Assembly (NCBI GenBank): GCA_965208675.1
Contig: OZ242351.1
Coordinates: forward strand, 1,024,001 to 1,088,000
Direction of reading: 5' to 3'
Source: Candidatus Poribacteria bacterium
Lineage (GTDB): Bacteria > Poribacteria > WGA-4E > PCPOR2b
Length of the DNA stretch: 64,000 bases
Each line of letters begins with the position of its first letter. Position 1 is the stretch's first letter. The notes beneath the pieces were generated by a model. It was given only the letters and a program-made list of their open reading frames with translations. It did no database searches and was not told the origin of the DNA. The position numbers and the translations under genes are program-made. This document shows positions 20,693 through 32,281 of the stretch, one piece after another.

Positions 20693-22924
20693 ATGAAACT
20701 GATCGAACCAATGCCAAATCCAGTCAGACAAAAGATACAAGGGTTACTTGCGCCCGGCGAAGATGAGCTAATCTGCGTATCTGCTGACATGAACCGCGAT
20801 GGCCGTTACGGCACACGCTGGATTGTGGTCACAAACAAGCGCATCGTAATAATTTCGGAAGATGCCGTCGATGATGTTGTACAGATACTCATTGAAGATG
20901 TCGTATCCGTACGGACCGAACCCCTAGTGGGCGGAGGACGTTTGGAGATAGAGCGGAAGGCAAGCCCAACCGCCATTGTCCGGTACTCCAACTCTATGGC
21001 GGTGAAGTTCTCCGAAGTCGCGCGGGGCATTGAACAGCTCCGCAAGCAGGAACCGTTCCAAATTGATAGCCAACTTGAACGCACACGATGTGAAAAATGC
21101 GGCAGACTGTTGCCTGAAAAGGACGGCATCTGCCCGGCTTGTATTCAGCGGTTAGCGACGCTGCGGCGAATCGGAAGCTACCTAATGCCCTACAAATGGC
21201 GTGCTGCACTTCTCGCAATGGCGTCTCTCATTGGAACGCTGACAGAGATTTTACCGCCGCTGATTACCCGGCACATCGTGGACGATGCGTTGGTACCCGC
21301 GAAAGAATCAGCCATCGGCATGGAGGAACGGTTAACGCTGCTCGGTTGGTTTGTGCTGGGCTTAGTCGGTGTGCGGGTGTTGGGTTGGGGCGCGGAATGG
21401 GTACACGGCTGGACGGTGACCTGGTTGGGCGCCCGCGTCACAGCCGATATCCGAAGCCGGTTATACCGCCAACTCGAGCTGCTTTCACTGCAGTTTTATG
21501 ACAAGCGGCAGGTCGGCGCGGTGATGTCACGCGTGACAAGAGACGCCGGCAGGTTACAGGACTTCCTCGTGGATGGCATGCCCTATCTGATCATTAATGG
21601 ATTGATGATTGTTGGCATACTGGTATTCCTGTTTCTGATGAGTTGGCGGTTGACACTATACATTTTATTGCCGATCCCGATTCTGCTAGCGTGGGGAGTC
21701 CTCTTCTGGCGGCGGATGCGCCGGTACTTCCATAAGTGGGATCAGAGATGGTCAGATCTCATGTCTACGGTGAACGAAACGTTGTCTGGAATTCGCGTGG
21801 TAAAGGCATTCGCACAGGAGATGCGCGAGGTTGCCTCGTTTAATAGACGAAATAAGGTGCTGCGGCGGATAGCTGTAAGGACGGAAATCAACTGGGAAAT
21901 CTTTTTCGCCACATCGAGTCTTGTGACTAGCTTGGGGGTACTGATAATTTGGCTTTTCGGAGGGATAGAGATGTTCAAGGGCGAGTTTTCTATCGGTAAG
22001 CTATTGGCATTCTACGGCTTCATGTGGCTCGTCTACGGTCCCATCCAATGGTTCGGGCAGGTCAACAATTGGATGACACGTGCGTTCGCGGGAGCCGAGC
22101 GAATCTTCGAGGTCATCGACACGCCGCCTGAAGCTTACGACGATGCAGACGCCGTACCCATGCCTAACATTGAGGGCAGGATCGATTTTCAGAAAGTCAC
22201 GTTTGGTTACGATAAGAGCAAGCCGGTGCTGCATGAAATTAACCTCGAAGTCACACCGGGGGAGATGGTAGGACTTGTCGGCAAGTCAGGTGTGGGTAAG
22301 ACGACCACCGTGAACCTAATCTCCCGGTTTTACGACGTAGATCACGGCGCAATTGAGATTGACGGCGTGGATAACCGAACAATCCGGTTGGAAGATCTGC
22401 GCAGCCAGATTGGCATCGTCGCCCAAGAACCTTTTTTGTTCAGCGGTACAATTTCTGAGAACATCGGCTACGGCAAACCCGGCGCAGGCTTTGAAGAACT
22501 CATGGACGCCGCACAAGCCGCCAACGCTCACAATTTTATCGTCGCCAAGCCAGACGGCTATGATACCCAGGTGGGAGAACGGGGAAACAACCTGTCAGGC
22601 GGTGAAAAGCAGCGAATCGCTATTGCCCGGGCAATCCTCCACAATCCGAGGATTTTAATTTTGGATGAAGCGACTTCGTCGGTGGACGTGGAGACGGAAA
22701 AGCAGATTCAGGAAGCCGTTTCCCGGCTAACCAAGGGCCGCACCACCATCGCAATTGCCCACCGGTTGTCAACGCTGCGGAACGCGAACCGGTTAGTCGT
22801 GCTTGAGGAGGGGCGTATCGTGGAGGTTGGGACACATAGCGAATTGATGGAAAAACGAGGGATTTTCTACGACCTTGTTCAATTACAGCGGCAGACATCA
22901 GAAATTATCGCAGTTAAAGCGTAG
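20693..22924 (+). CDS. ABC exporter (TMD+NBD) with N-terminal extra domain and CxxC-CxxC zinc ribbon
   Basis: GKSGVGKT, LSGGEKQR, ILDEATS; CEKCG...CPAC before the TMD; GGGGAG SD. Confidence 0.93.
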   Translation: MKLIEPMPNPVRQKIQGLLAPGEDELICVSADMNRDGRYGTRWIVVTNKRIVIISEDAVDDVVQILIEDVVSVRTEPLVGGGRLEIERKASPTAIVRYSNSMAVKFSEVARGIEQLRKQEPFQIDSQLERTRCEKCGRLLPEKDGICPACIQRLATLRRIGSYLMPYKWRAALLAMASLIGTLTEILPPLITRHIVDDALVPAKESAIGMEERLTLLGWFVLGLVGVRVLGWGAEWVHGWTVTWLGARVTADIRSRLYRQLELLSLQFYDKRQVGAVMSRVTRDAGRLQDFLVDGMPYLIINGLMIVGILVFLFLMSWRLTLYILLPIPILLAWGVLFWRRMRRYFHKWDQRWSDLMSTVNETLSGIRVVKAFAQEMREVASFNRRNKVLRRIAVRTEINWEIFFATSSLVTSLGVLIIWLFGGIEMFKGEFSIGKLLAFYGFMWLVYGPIQWFGQVNNWMTRAFAGAERIFEVIDTPPEAYDDADAVPMPNIEGRIDFQKVTFGYDKSKPVLHEINLEVTPGEMVGLVGKSGVGKTTTVNLISRFYDVDHGAIEIDGVDNRTIRLEDLRSQIGIVAQEPFLFSGTISENIGYGKPGAGFEELMDAAQAANAHNFIVAKPDGYDTQVGERGNNLSGGEKQRIAIARAILHNPRILILDEATSSVDVETEKQIQEAVSRLTKGRTTIAIAHRLSTLRNANRLVVLEEGRIVEVGTHSELMEKRGIFYDLVQLQRQTSEIIAVKA

Positions 22925-23090
22925 CGTCCGCATATCTCCTCATGTACACCTTGACAATATTACCGCGAATTTTGGATTATGGCATATTCAAGCTTAAGGT
23001 CAGTAATTCTATCGCACTCCACGAAAATGCCGCGCATCGACGTGGCATTCAATCGTGCCAGCGCAAACTCGGACAAATGGAACACCAATA

Positions 23091-25319
23091 ATGCAACCGT
23101 TTATTGAATCGCTGCCTCCTGAGGTGGATGCGAAACTGCAAAGCGCGAAACCTTCGGATGAACAGGTACTTATCCAGGTCTCCGCGGATCTCACCACCGA
23201 CCAAGCATTTGGGGAAAAGTGGTTGGTAGCAACCAAATTCCGTCTACTGGTCGTGCCCGCTGATGGCGTCGTTGAGCAAATACCGCTCGACACAATTCAG
23301 GACATCAAAACTGAAGAACTGGTCGGCGGCGGCTGCCTAGTCGTTGAACGAAAATCGGGCGCACCCGTCTATCTGCACTATTCCAGCTCTTTAATTCCAA
23401 AATTCGCTGAGGTAGCGCAAGGAATCGGTCAACTCTCCAAAGGCAAACCGCTTGAGCTGCCGACGGAGATGGAACGGACGCGATGCGAAAAGTGCGGACG
23501 GCTGCTCCCGGAGAAAGACAGCAAATGTGTAGCCTGCATTAAAAAATGGAACACCTTAATGCGAATCCAAAGCTACGTTAACCCTTACCGCGTTCAACTC
23601 ACGTTGGTTGTAGTAATCACAGTGATCGGCGTGTTGATAAATTTGCTTCCGCCGCTAATTACTGAACGCATCATCGACGATGTGCTTATACCGTTGTCAA
23701 ACTTTAATCTTTTAGTTTGGCTTGTGGCGGGGTTATTGGGCGCCTATCTTTTTAGTTGGCTGTCCGAAATCGGGCATACGGCATTAAGCTGTTGGCTGGG
23801 TTTCCGCGCGGCTGAGGACATCCGGGCTAAACTCTATCGTTGTTTGCAGTTCCTGCCCATTAGATTTTACGACAAACATAAAGTGGGCGCGCTAATATCT
23901 CGCATGACCAACGACGCAGATCGGTTGGAGGATTTTATCGCCTTTGAGGTTCCCTACGTCATTTCCAACGCACTGTTATTAGTGGGTATTTTCTGCCTGC
24001 TGTTGTACAAAAATTGGGTGCTTACGCTCTATGTGTTGCTCCCCGTGCCGCCGATTGTTCTGGGGGGAATCTTCATGTGGAATCGTTTGACGCGTTTTTG
24101 GCGCCTTTGGTCTGCGAGGTGGGGGCGGTTCTCCTCGCACCTGAACGAGTCGATCACGGGGATTCGATTGGTGAAGGCTTTCGCGCAGGAAGACCGTGAA
24201 AGCACAGTGTTTGACCGGCATAACGACGCACTGCGGCAGGTAAACGTTTCGGGCAATCGGGCATGGTTCGTTTTCTACACCATCACAAACTTTCTGATGA
24301 GTTTCGGCGCCTTCTTTGTCTGGTATTTTGGCGGGAAACAGGTTCTGGGTGAGGAGTTTAAACTCGGAGAATTGACTGCATTCATTAGTTACCTTTGGAT
24401 GCTTTATCAACCGCTTCGGTGGTTTGGCGACTCCTACAACTTCATGCTTCGCGCTTTTGCCGGCGCCGAGCGAATTTTTGAAGTGATGGACGCGCCTTCT
24501 GATCCGTTTGATAATCCAAATGCCAGAAATATGCCAAAAATTGACGGGCGGATTACCTTCAAAGATGTCAAGTTTGGTTACGATCCAGGCAAGCCGGTCC
24601 TCAGAGATATTAATCTAACGGTAGAACCGGGAGAAATGATTGGCTTAGTCGGCAAATCCGGCGTGGGTAAAAGCACGATGGTCAATCTGATATGCCGATT
24701 CTACGATGTGACTCACGGCACTTTGCAGGTTGATGACGAGGATATCCGGAACATCCGTATCGAGGATTTGCGGTCTCAAATCGGCATAGTCCTACAGGAG
24801 CCATTTCTGTTTAACAGGACAATTGCGGAAAACATCCACTACGGCAATCCGGATGCGTCGTTTGACGAAGTCATGCGCGCAGCGATTGCTGCAGAAGCGC
24901 ATGATTTCATCGTTGCTAAACCCGACGGATATGACACGATGGTCGGCGAGCGCGGGAATAAACTCTCCGGCGGCGAAGGGCAGCGTATCGCTATCGCGAG
25001 AGCCATCCTGCATAATCCAAAAATTTTGATTCTCGACGAAGCGACATCATCGCTCGACACCGCAACAGAAAAGAAGATTCAGGCTGCTATTGCTAAGTTA
25101 ATCGAAGGACGGACGACGTTTGCCATTGCGCACCGGCTTTCCACGCTGCGCAACGCCGACCGGCTGATTGTTCTGGATGAGGGAAAAATCGAAGAGATTG
25201 GCACCCATGAGGAATTGATGGATCGGAAAGGGCGCTTCTACAATTTAGTCCAGACGCAAAAGGAAACATCGGCAGTCATGGCGGTCGGCGGCGGGAAAGA
25301 CGATCCGGGCAATGAATAG
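23091..25319 (+). CDS. ABC exporter paralog with N-terminal extra domain and zinc ribbon
   Basis: GKSGVGKS, LSGGEGQR, ILDEATS; CEKCG...CVAC; end-to-end paralog of the upstream gene. Confidence 0.93.
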   Translation: MQPFIESLPPEVDAKLQSAKPSDEQVLIQVSADLTTDQAFGEKWLVATKFRLLVVPADGVVEQIPLDTIQDIKTEELVGGGCLVVERKSGAPVYLHYSSSLIPKFAEVAQGIGQLSKGKPLELPTEMERTRCEKCGRLLPEKDSKCVACIKKWNTLMRIQSYVNPYRVQLTLVVVITVIGVLINLLPPLITERIIDDVLIPLSNFNLLVWLVAGLLGAYLFSWLSEIGHTALSCWLGFRAAEDIRAKLYRCLQFLPIRFYDKHKVGALISRMTNDADRLEDFIAFEVPYVISNALLLVGIFCLLLYKNWVLTLYVLLPVPPIVLGGIFMWNRLTRFWRLWSARWGRFSSHLNESITGIRLVKAFAQEDRESTVFDRHNDALRQVNVSGNRAWFVFYTITNFLMSFGAFFVWYFGGKQVLGEEFKLGELTAFISYLWMLYQPLRWFGDSYNFMLRAFAGAERIFEVMDAPSDPFDNPNARNMPKIDGRITFKDVKFGYDPGKPVLRDINLTVEPGEMIGLVGKSGVGKSTMVNLICRFYDVTHGTLQVDDEDIRNIRIEDLRSQIGIVLQEPFLFNRTIAENIHYGNPDASFDEVMRAAIAAEAHDFIVAKPDGYDTMVGERGNKLSGGEGQRIAIARAILHNPKILILDEATSSLDTATEKKIQAAIAKLIEGRTTFAIAHRLSTLRNADRLIVLDEGKIEEIGTHEELMDRKGRFYNLVQTQKETSAVMAVGGGKDDPGNE

Positions 25320-25412
25320 AACTGCCTTCCTTAACGCGGCATTCCTCTTCGTAGACCAAGAAAAACTCTCAACGCATTTTTTGCCGCATCTATATTAAAT
25401 CCGGAGAATACC

Positions 25413-25973
25413 ATGGAAAATACTAAATCTTTTAGTGATAAAGACAAGCCTAAAGCACAGCATTCAGTTACGCCGATTCAGACACCGCCGCCGGAATGCG
25501 TCAATCCAAAGGACATTCGATTGTTCCGAGAACCCCCGTGGAAACTGCGATTAACCATTGCCGGCGACCGTTCCTACCTCATGGTGCGAGTCGCTCGCGC
25601 AGCGCCGCTATCTCAACCGTCGAGGTATATCTGCTTTCTTGATGAAAAGAATGAGGTAATCTGGACTGTCGAAGACCCAAGCATCCTGGACGCTGACACT
25701 CGCCGAATCTTAAAGGAAGAACTCGACCAACGGTATATGACCGCTGTTATTGAGGTAGTCAACTCGCTCCGGAACGAATTCGGGGTGTCGTATTGGGACG
25801 TACAGACCAACCGAGGAAATCGGGAGTTTGTGGTACGGAACGTGTCCGAGAGCGCACAATGGATTTCTCCACGCCGTCTATTGCTAATTGACGTGGACGG
25901 CAACCGATTCGAAATCCCGGATATCGACGTGCTCGACAAGCGGAGTTTTGGTCTGATAGATATGGTGATTTAG
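25413..25973 (+). CDS. DUF1854 family protein
   Basis: RAAPLS.P.RYI, W.VQTNRG..EF, LLIDVDGNRFEIPD...LD..S motifs; usual partner of this ABC family. Confidence 0.85.
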   Translation: MENTKSFSDKDKPKAQHSVTPIQTPPPECVNPKDIRLFREPPWKLRLTIAGDRSYLMVRVARAAPLSQPSRYICFLDEKNEVIWTVEDPSILDADTRRILKEELDQRYMTAVIEVVNSLRNEFGVSYWDVQTNRGNREFVVRNVSESAQWISPRRLLLIDVDGNRFEIPDIDVLDKRSFGLIDMVI

Positions 25974-26366
25974 ATGAATATAAACTCGAATTACAGGTTC
26001 ATAGAAAATGCTGCTGCAACCCACCGATTCCGCAATTTATCTGGGCTACTAACGTGGAGTTACCAAAGGCCATTTTCACCGATACCGAGTTATAGTAATT
26101 CTCAAATTGAATTGCATAGAAACGTTCTGAATTTATTGCAATAAACGTCCAGATGTGATAGAATATCTATTTAATATTTTCTGGCGCCGATGTCATTTAT
26201 AATCCCGTAAATTGGCGTAAGCAACTGCGCTATCCGTAATGAGGTTCGATTGGCAAAGCGTCATGCACTCGTTTCCGTTTGTGTATTTCGGGCGTAGCGG
26301 CGATTGACTAAACCAGTCTTCGGACCGCTTAGCCCTGCCCACCTAGGTACAAAGGAGGCGATTTCA

Positions 26367-27860
26367 GTGGATATGAAATTTTCGGAGTCGGTGTCTCCAA
26401 AATTTTCCAAAATGGGATTGACGTTTGACGATGTTTCATTAATTCCCGGCGAATCAAACGTACTTCCCAATGAAATTGACACATGCACACGATTGACCCG
26501 CCATATAGGCCTTAACATCCCTATCTGCAGCGCCGCAATGGACACCGTGACGGAAGCGGAACTTGCGATCGCTCTTGCGCGCGAGGGCGGCATTGGGATG
26601 ATCCACTTTAACTGCTCCATTGATGAGCAGGTCAAAGAAGTGGACAAAGTCAAACGCTCGGAAAGCGGCATGATTGACGATCCTATCACGTTAACCCCTG
26701 ACAAAACGGTGCGCGACGCCTTGGCAGTAGCCGCCCGCTACCGGATTGGCGGTGTTCCGATTGTGACGAATGAAGGATTCCTCCTTGGCTTAATCACGAA
26801 CAGAGATTTGAAATACGAAACCGATTTAGATTTACCGGTGACAGCCTTGATGACGTCAAGCGACCAGCTCACCACAGCTTCACAGGGGGTTACGCTCGAA
26901 AAGGCGAAGCAAATCTTGCATCAAATTCGCAAGGAAAAATTACCAATTGTGGATGAGAATTTTCGTCTCTGCGGGTTAATTACAATTAAAGATATTGACA
27001 AAGTCCAGAAATATCCCGCAGCTTGTAAAGATGAATCGGGGAAATTGAGAGTTGGGGCAGCCATCAGTCCGCATTGGGGATTAGATAAAGTCGGAATGCT
27101 GGTTGACGCGGGCGCGGATGTATTAGATATCGACACAGCGCACGGTCATCATCAGAATGTGATTCGTTCGACGCGTAGGATTAAGACGGAATTTCCGGGC
27201 GTAGAGTTGATTGCCGGCAATGTAGTGACTGCCGACGCGACCAACCAACTGATTGATGCTGGCGCCGACGCGGTAAAAGTTGGCATGGGACCAGGTTCGA
27301 TTTGTACAACTCGCGTAGTCTCCGGAATCGGCGTACCGCAGATAACGGCGGTTTACGACTGCGCACGAGAGGCTGACAAAAACGGTATACCGGTAATCGC
27401 AGACGGCGGCATCCGATATTCAGGCGATGTTGCGAAGGCAATCGGCGCAGGCGCAAGTTCGGTCATGATAGGCAGCCTTCTCGCCGGAACGGAGGAGAGC
27501 CCCGGAGAAACAGTTATCTATCAAGGACGGACGTATAAAATCCACAGAGGTATGGGGTCGCTGTCTGCCATGAAAGAACGCGGCGGCAGTGAGCGATACG
27601 GTCAGAAGAACCTCAGTCTATCGAACCTCATACCAGAAGGAATCGAAGGACGAGTTCCTTACAAGGGCAAGCTAGATGACTTTGTCTATCAATTGGTCGG
27701 CGGACTCCGTCTAGCAATGGGATATTGCGGTATACCTGACATCGAATCGCTTCGCGAGGAAAGCAAATTCATTCGAGTGACGGGTAGCGGCTACCGTGAA
27801 AGTCATCCGCATGACATCGCCATTACGGAAGAAGCGCCCAATTATAGCGTGATGCCCTAA
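26367..27860 (+). CDS. guaB: IMP dehydrogenase
   Basis: [18 protein letters not shown] pair, [13 protein letters not shown] active-site loop, ESHPHD; AAGGAGG SD before GTG 26367. Confidence 0.97.
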   Translation: MDMKFSESVSPKFSKMGLTFDDVSLIPGESNVLPNEIDTCTRLTRHIGLNIPICSAAMDTVTEAELAIALAREGGIGMIHFNCSIDEQVKEVDKVKRSESGMIDDPITLTPDKTVRDALAVAARYRIGGVPIVTNEGFLLGLITNRDLKYETDLDLPVTALMTSSDQLTTASQGVTLEKAKQILHQIRKEKLPIVDENFRLCGLITIKDIDKVQKYPAACKDESGKLRVGAAISPHWGLDKVGMLVDAGADVLDIDTAHGHHQNVIRSTRRIKTEFPGVELIAGNVVTADATNQLIDAGADAVKVGMGPGSICTTRVVSGIGVPQITAVYDCAREADKNGIPVIADGGIRYSGDVAKAIGAGASSVMIGSLLAGTEESPGETVIYQGRTYKIHRGMGSLSAMKERGGSERYGQKNLSLSNLIPEGIEGRVPYKGKLDDFVYQLVGGLRLAMGYCGIPDIESLREESKFIRVTGSGYRESHPHDIAITEEAPNYSVMP

Positions 27861-28428
27861 TGACATTCTTTCGGAACTAACAAGCTATCAACACTAACCA
27901 ATCGTAATGGGTTGAATTTGGAGGTCAATAGGAATACAAAACGCTTGTTCTCTTTCGCCGATAGTAAATTGTGCGGTATGAGTTGACTTCGTCAACAATA
28001 TTCGGGTTATGTAATTCTCGATTGGCGGGAGAAATTCCAAATTCTTGACTACATAAATTTTATCGAGACAAATTATAGCAGGCCGCTGACAATCTTTTAA
28101 ACGCACAATTCCACTATTAGAACCAAACTACACCCTGTGATTCTGGCAGGGTTCCTCCCCTTGCCCCCATCGGGAACCGAACCTTCCTATTTCTGGATGC
28201 AAAACAACTACATGCCGCGGCTAGCAAATTTATCCGAATGCCCCGTTATTCAATTCGCTCGAACCGCCGTGGACGCCACTCTGACCATTGATGCCAAGTG
28301 CTTAAATTTACATGACAACTGTTGATGCAACAACTGACTAACGCGTCAACAATTCAGAAATGGCGCGTTTCTCAGCGTCATTTACAAAATTACTAATACC
28401 AAAGATTTCAATCGCGTAGGATTATACT

Positions 28429-31308
28429 GTGGGGGACAAATTCCAACAAGCGGAACAAACTCAGGGAATTTCGTTAAATTTTAATTCGGATTCCCTTCTT
28501 AATTTAACCGACAAAATTAAATCCAGCATTGAAGGACGCATGGATTGGGGAGATACTTTTGGTGTAGGGCTTAGCACCAAAAACAGCAAATACTTGCTGG
28601 TCTGGACCCCGAAAAAATCTTCAGAAGGGAAAATTCTGCCGGGATTTGATTCAGAAGACGGCAAACTTACACTTAAAATGAAGCCTCGGCCGGGAGCGTG
28701 GGTTTCCTGGATTGATGAAGCAAAAGTAGCCGAGGAAGCGGTCGATGACTACGACCGTGTTCGAAAGAGTGTGCAGGAACTTGAGCGGAATACAAGGCAG
28801 ATGATTGATTTCGCGGATGGTGTTCTCAAAGACATTACTGTCTTGCATCTCGGTAAACCGCTCACGTTATCTGAACTCGCGCTTGAGATTTTGGACGTCG
28901 AATTGACAATACCGACGACCATAAAAATTGGAGGGTATGTCTTATCGCAATCTCAGTCGCCAGACGCCGCTGCAGCCAATGTGATTATTCCTGAGCAAAC
29001 GAACATCCATCGGATTCATTTGAATGAGGATGCATTGTTCGAGGCGATTGGAACGGATGGATATGACCAAGTTTTTGTGGTTTACCGCACACATATCAAG
29101 CGTTACCCAGACCTTCTTGACATTAATTACTGTTTAGCGCTTAATGAATATTTTGATGGTGGATCGCCGCCGGAAGATATTGTATCAAATGTTGATCGTT
29201 CCAACTTGACGCAAAGTGCAAAGGAAATAGAGACTTTTCCTACGGCTGCCATCTACGATCCTTTGCAGCCTGATTCAGTTCTATTTGTTGCGATGACATT
29301 CAATGCTTCTTCCGAACAGCTTCGCGAAACGATTTCACAATGTTCGACAGAGATTGACAGTTATGTGTCGAAAGCCAATCAGCGGGCTTCCGAAGTCATG
29401 GCGAATTTTCAAGGGCGAATTGATAGCCGCATTCAAGCCCTTAGCCTTCGATCGAATCAGCGGGTCCACGAAAAAATATGGGATGAAATTGCCAACCACG
29501 AATTGCAGAATCGTATGGTTGAGTTGATAGATTTTTTCGGTGAATACTTTGGCGAAAAATTTGAACCGGATTTAGCTGCTGCCAAAAAAGATCAACTCAA
29601 AACGAGCATTGATTCCATGGTTCAGGATTGGCAACTTCAGGATTTGCGGCAAACTACGCTCAAGCAACTCATACTTACGAGTTACAAATTGGCAAATCAG
29701 GTACTTGACCGCGCTACCGCAATGTTCTACGATCTGGCATTCGAAAAACACTTCATCCAAACGGGACAGATTAAGCCCGTTAATTTACAGGTGCTAGAGG
29801 AAGGCAAAGCTCTAAACCAAGTACACCTGCCTGAGTGGACAAAAAAAACAGTGCGAGACCGACTGCATCTGTTTGCCCTGAAACCGTCCGTCCACCCGAA
29901 CCAGATTGAGAGACTCCGAGGGTTATGGTTGGAATTTCTGGAGATTGCCAACTTTGCCAGCCGAAACAACCAGCAGTTTGATATCATCATGGAACCATTG
30001 GTCGATATCCTGCTCTCTCCTAAACCCTCTCGCAAGACTTCGGCAGATCGGCGCAGGTCGAGGGCGGTTCCTGCCCGGAGGAAACCGGGATTCGACGGAT
30101 TTGAGATTTCTGACGAGGAACTTTCGCGCGTACTTAGCCGAGTCAGAAGTCACTCACACTTAATTGAACGCTGGATTTTGAGTCTGCCCGAACCGAATTA
30201 CAAAAATCAACAGCACCATGCAACGTTGTGGATGATTTTGACTGACGGTATTGTTCGAGAACGGCTTTACAGGAATTTTCAACCGACCTGTGATATCAAT
30301 TTAAGCCTTCCGATAGCGACAAAAAGATTGGTCGATATTGTATTTGGCGGACAGGTTGTCGTATGTGATGAAAAAGATTTGAAACCGCTAAAACGCAATT
30401 TAGACCGCGCACTATCCGAAAGAACGGGGCACGGACTACCAGAAATATCAACGCCTTCCACACTTAAAATACATAGTGACACATTGCTCTGCTTGCTGTA
30501 CGAAAAACTCGCAGCGTACCGGGGGCAATTGGAAAAACGGTTAGCTCAAATTACAAACGCAAAACCTCAGAGCAAAACGGCTAAGTCGAAAAAGGGGCGA
30601 AAGAAGCAGCAATCTAAAACCGATACAGACACAGTTAATACCATCGAATCGGAAATGTCTAATACTGCCGAAATCATAACATTTCTGACTCCATACACCG
30701 AGGCGGCGGAATCGTTGCTTCAAAATGCTATCAACCCCAAGTCAAGGCAACTGAATCAGATTCGTCAGCATCAAGTGTTGAATTTCGATTTGCAAGCGTT
30801 GCCCCCGATCTCGGAATCTTGGTTGGAAGACTTAAAGTCACTTGAGGATTATACAAACCTGCGCGCATTTCTGCTCGAAAACCAACTTCCCATCTCGACA
30901 ACCGGGCGGCTGTTGATGAATTACAGGAGGAGTTTTGAAAACGCCTCGCCTGTCGGGGCGGATGCTGCGGATGACTTTGATGTCGCATTAAATCTCATCC
31001 AAGAACTGAAATCGCTACAAGAAGCAGGATACGCCGGTGAAACGCTCAAGCGATTCAAAAATTACATCGCCGAGAAGTTATGGAGATGGGAATTGACTCA
31101 AATTACAGAAGCAAAATTGGCGGCGTTAATCAAGGAGAAAGTATTGGTGTCAGTTATCTGTTACGAGAAAGACGTTGAAGCTCTACTAGAATTTGCTGAG
31201 CGCTACGAACAACTAATTGAGGCAAAGTTTAACGACAATTTCAAGATGAACGAACAAGCGAAAATGCTAGAAGAAAAATTCAGCGCGCTCGCAAAATCGA
31301 TTTTGTGA
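28429..31308 (+). CDS. large hypothetical protein (959 aa, largely helical)
   Basis: Long uninterrupted ORF with no recognisable catalytic motif; 13 nt before the next gene. Confidence 0.8.
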   Translation: MGDKFQQAEQTQGISLNFNSDSLLNLTDKIKSSIEGRMDWGDTFGVGLSTKNSKYLLVWTPKKSSEGKILPGFDSEDGKLTLKMKPRPGAWVSWIDEAKVAEEAVDDYDRVRKSVQELERNTRQMIDFADGVLKDITVLHLGKPLTLSELALEILDVELTIPTTIKIGGYVLSQSQSPDAAAANVIIPEQTNIHRIHLNEDALFEAIGTDGYDQVFVVYRTHIKRYPDLLDINYCLALNEYFDGGSPPEDIVSNVDRSNLTQSAKEIETFPTAAIYDPLQPDSVLFVAMTFNASSEQLRETISQCSTEIDSYVSKANQRASEVMANFQGRIDSRIQALSLRSNQRVHEKIWDEIANHELQNRMVELIDFFGEYFGEKFEPDLAAAKKDQLKTSIDSMVQDWQLQDLRQTTLKQLILTSYKLANQVLDRATAMFYDLAFEKHFIQTGQIKPVNLQVLEEGKALNQVHLPEWTKKTVRDRLHLFALKPSVHPNQIERLRGLWLEFLEIANFASRNNQQFDIIMEPLVDILLSPKPSRKTSADRRRSRAVPARRKPGFDGFEISDEELSRVLSRVRSHSHLIERWILSLPEPNYKNQQHHATLWMILTDGIVRERLYRNFQPTCDINLSLPIATKRLVDIVFGGQVVVCDEKDLKPLKRNLDRALSERTGHGLPEISTPSTLKIHSDTLLCLLYEKLAAYRGQLEKRLAQITNAKPQSKTAKSKKGRKKQQSKTDTDTVNTIESEMSNTAEIITFLTPYTEAAESLLQNAINPKSRQLNQIRQHQVLNFDLQALPPISESWLEDLKSLEDYTNLRAFLLENQLPISTTGRLLMNYRRSFENASPVGADAADDFDVALNLIQELKSLQEAGYAGETLKRFKNYIAEKLWRWELTQITEAKLAALIKEKVLVSVICYEKDVEALLEFAERYEQLIEAKFNDNFKMNEQAKMLEEKFSALAKSIL

Positions 31309-31321
31309 ATCAATCATTTAG

Positions 31322-32209
31322 ATGAAGGTTAGCATCATTGGACAAGGCGATAATTTACTCCCTGTAGCTTCAGCAATTTGTCAACTTGGTCTTGCGACTG
31401 AGGTTATGCTGATGAACGGGGATCAACGGGTGTCTATGGCGGTCATTCAAGACTTTCGCGCGGCAGCCGCCAGTGTTGGATCTGACACTAATATACTTAC
31501 GGCGAGTAACCTTACAGCGCTCGTAGGCTCCGAAATTGTCATCCTTTTGCCATCATTGTCTCGACACGGTTGGACAAATGCCCAACGACGTTCAAATGCC
31601 GCCCTTGTTCGCCATTTTGCCCAAGGTATAAATCAACACGCCCCTGCAGCGAAAATAGTGGTTGCCATACCGCCAGCGGCTGCTATGGCTTATGTAATTT
31701 ATCGTGAAATCGGTGCAGAGCCGAGACGAGTGATTGGAGTTTGCGGCAGTATAGTGCATGCCAACCTGAATGGGCGGATTGCCGATAAACTAGGCGTCTC
31801 GGTCCGCGACGTTACGGCGTTAGCGATTGGCGACGACCACACCGTTATCCCGCTTACCCAATATTGTTGTGTAAACGGAATTCCTGTGGATCAACTTCTA
31901 AACGCGGGACAGATTCGTGAGGTTACCGAAGGTGTAAATGATACTCCCAATCAGGCGCTGGCAAATCAGCCGTACAACCTGTCTTCGTGGCTTACAAAAA
32001 TTGTGACGGCGATTGCTGTCGATAAGAAAAGGATTATGACGGTGAGTTCGCTGATTAAAGTAGGCGCCTCGGAGGTTTACCTCAATGTTCCTACAAAAAT
32101 TGGAATGCGCGGCGCTGAAGAAATTGTTCAATTAAACCTAACAGATTCCCAACGGGAACGGTTCACAAAATTAGTCGCGCGAAGCGTATCAGAACAGCAA
32201 CGCTTCTAG
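31322..32209 (+). CDS. malate/lactate dehydrogenase-fold protein with degenerate active site
   Basis: MKVSIIG, RVIG, IADKLGVSVRDV, VNGIPV, LNVPTKIG..G.EEIV.L.L recall MDH/LDH, but GxGxxG, NPxD, DxxR and GxHG are not intact. Confidence 0.75.
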   Translation: MKVSIIGQGDNLLPVASAICQLGLATEVMLMNGDQRVSMAVIQDFRAAAASVGSDTNILTASNLTALVGSEIVILLPSLSRHGWTNAQRRSNAALVRHFAQGINQHAPAAKIVVAIPPAAAMAYVIYREIGAEPRRVIGVCGSIVHANLNGRIADKLGVSVRDVTALAIGDDHTVIPLTQYCCVNGIPVDQLLNAGQIREVTEGVNDTPNQALANQPYNLSSWLTKIVTAIAVDKKRIMTVSSLIKVGASEVYLNVPTKIGMRGAEEIVQLNLTDSQRERFTKLVARSVSEQQRF

Positions 32210-32281
32210 GGCAAACTAATTTAACCACGCCATTGGGAAGCGGCGAGGGAATTGAGCTTTTCAGCATGAAACGGACGATTC

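Noticed and set aside
26195-26350. Purine or ZTP riboswitch upstream of guaB
   Set aside because: TATAATC.CGT..TGGC and CCGTAA resemble the purine aptamer, but the P2/P3 stems do not pair and the TTTCTACC core is missing; the ZTP core is also absent
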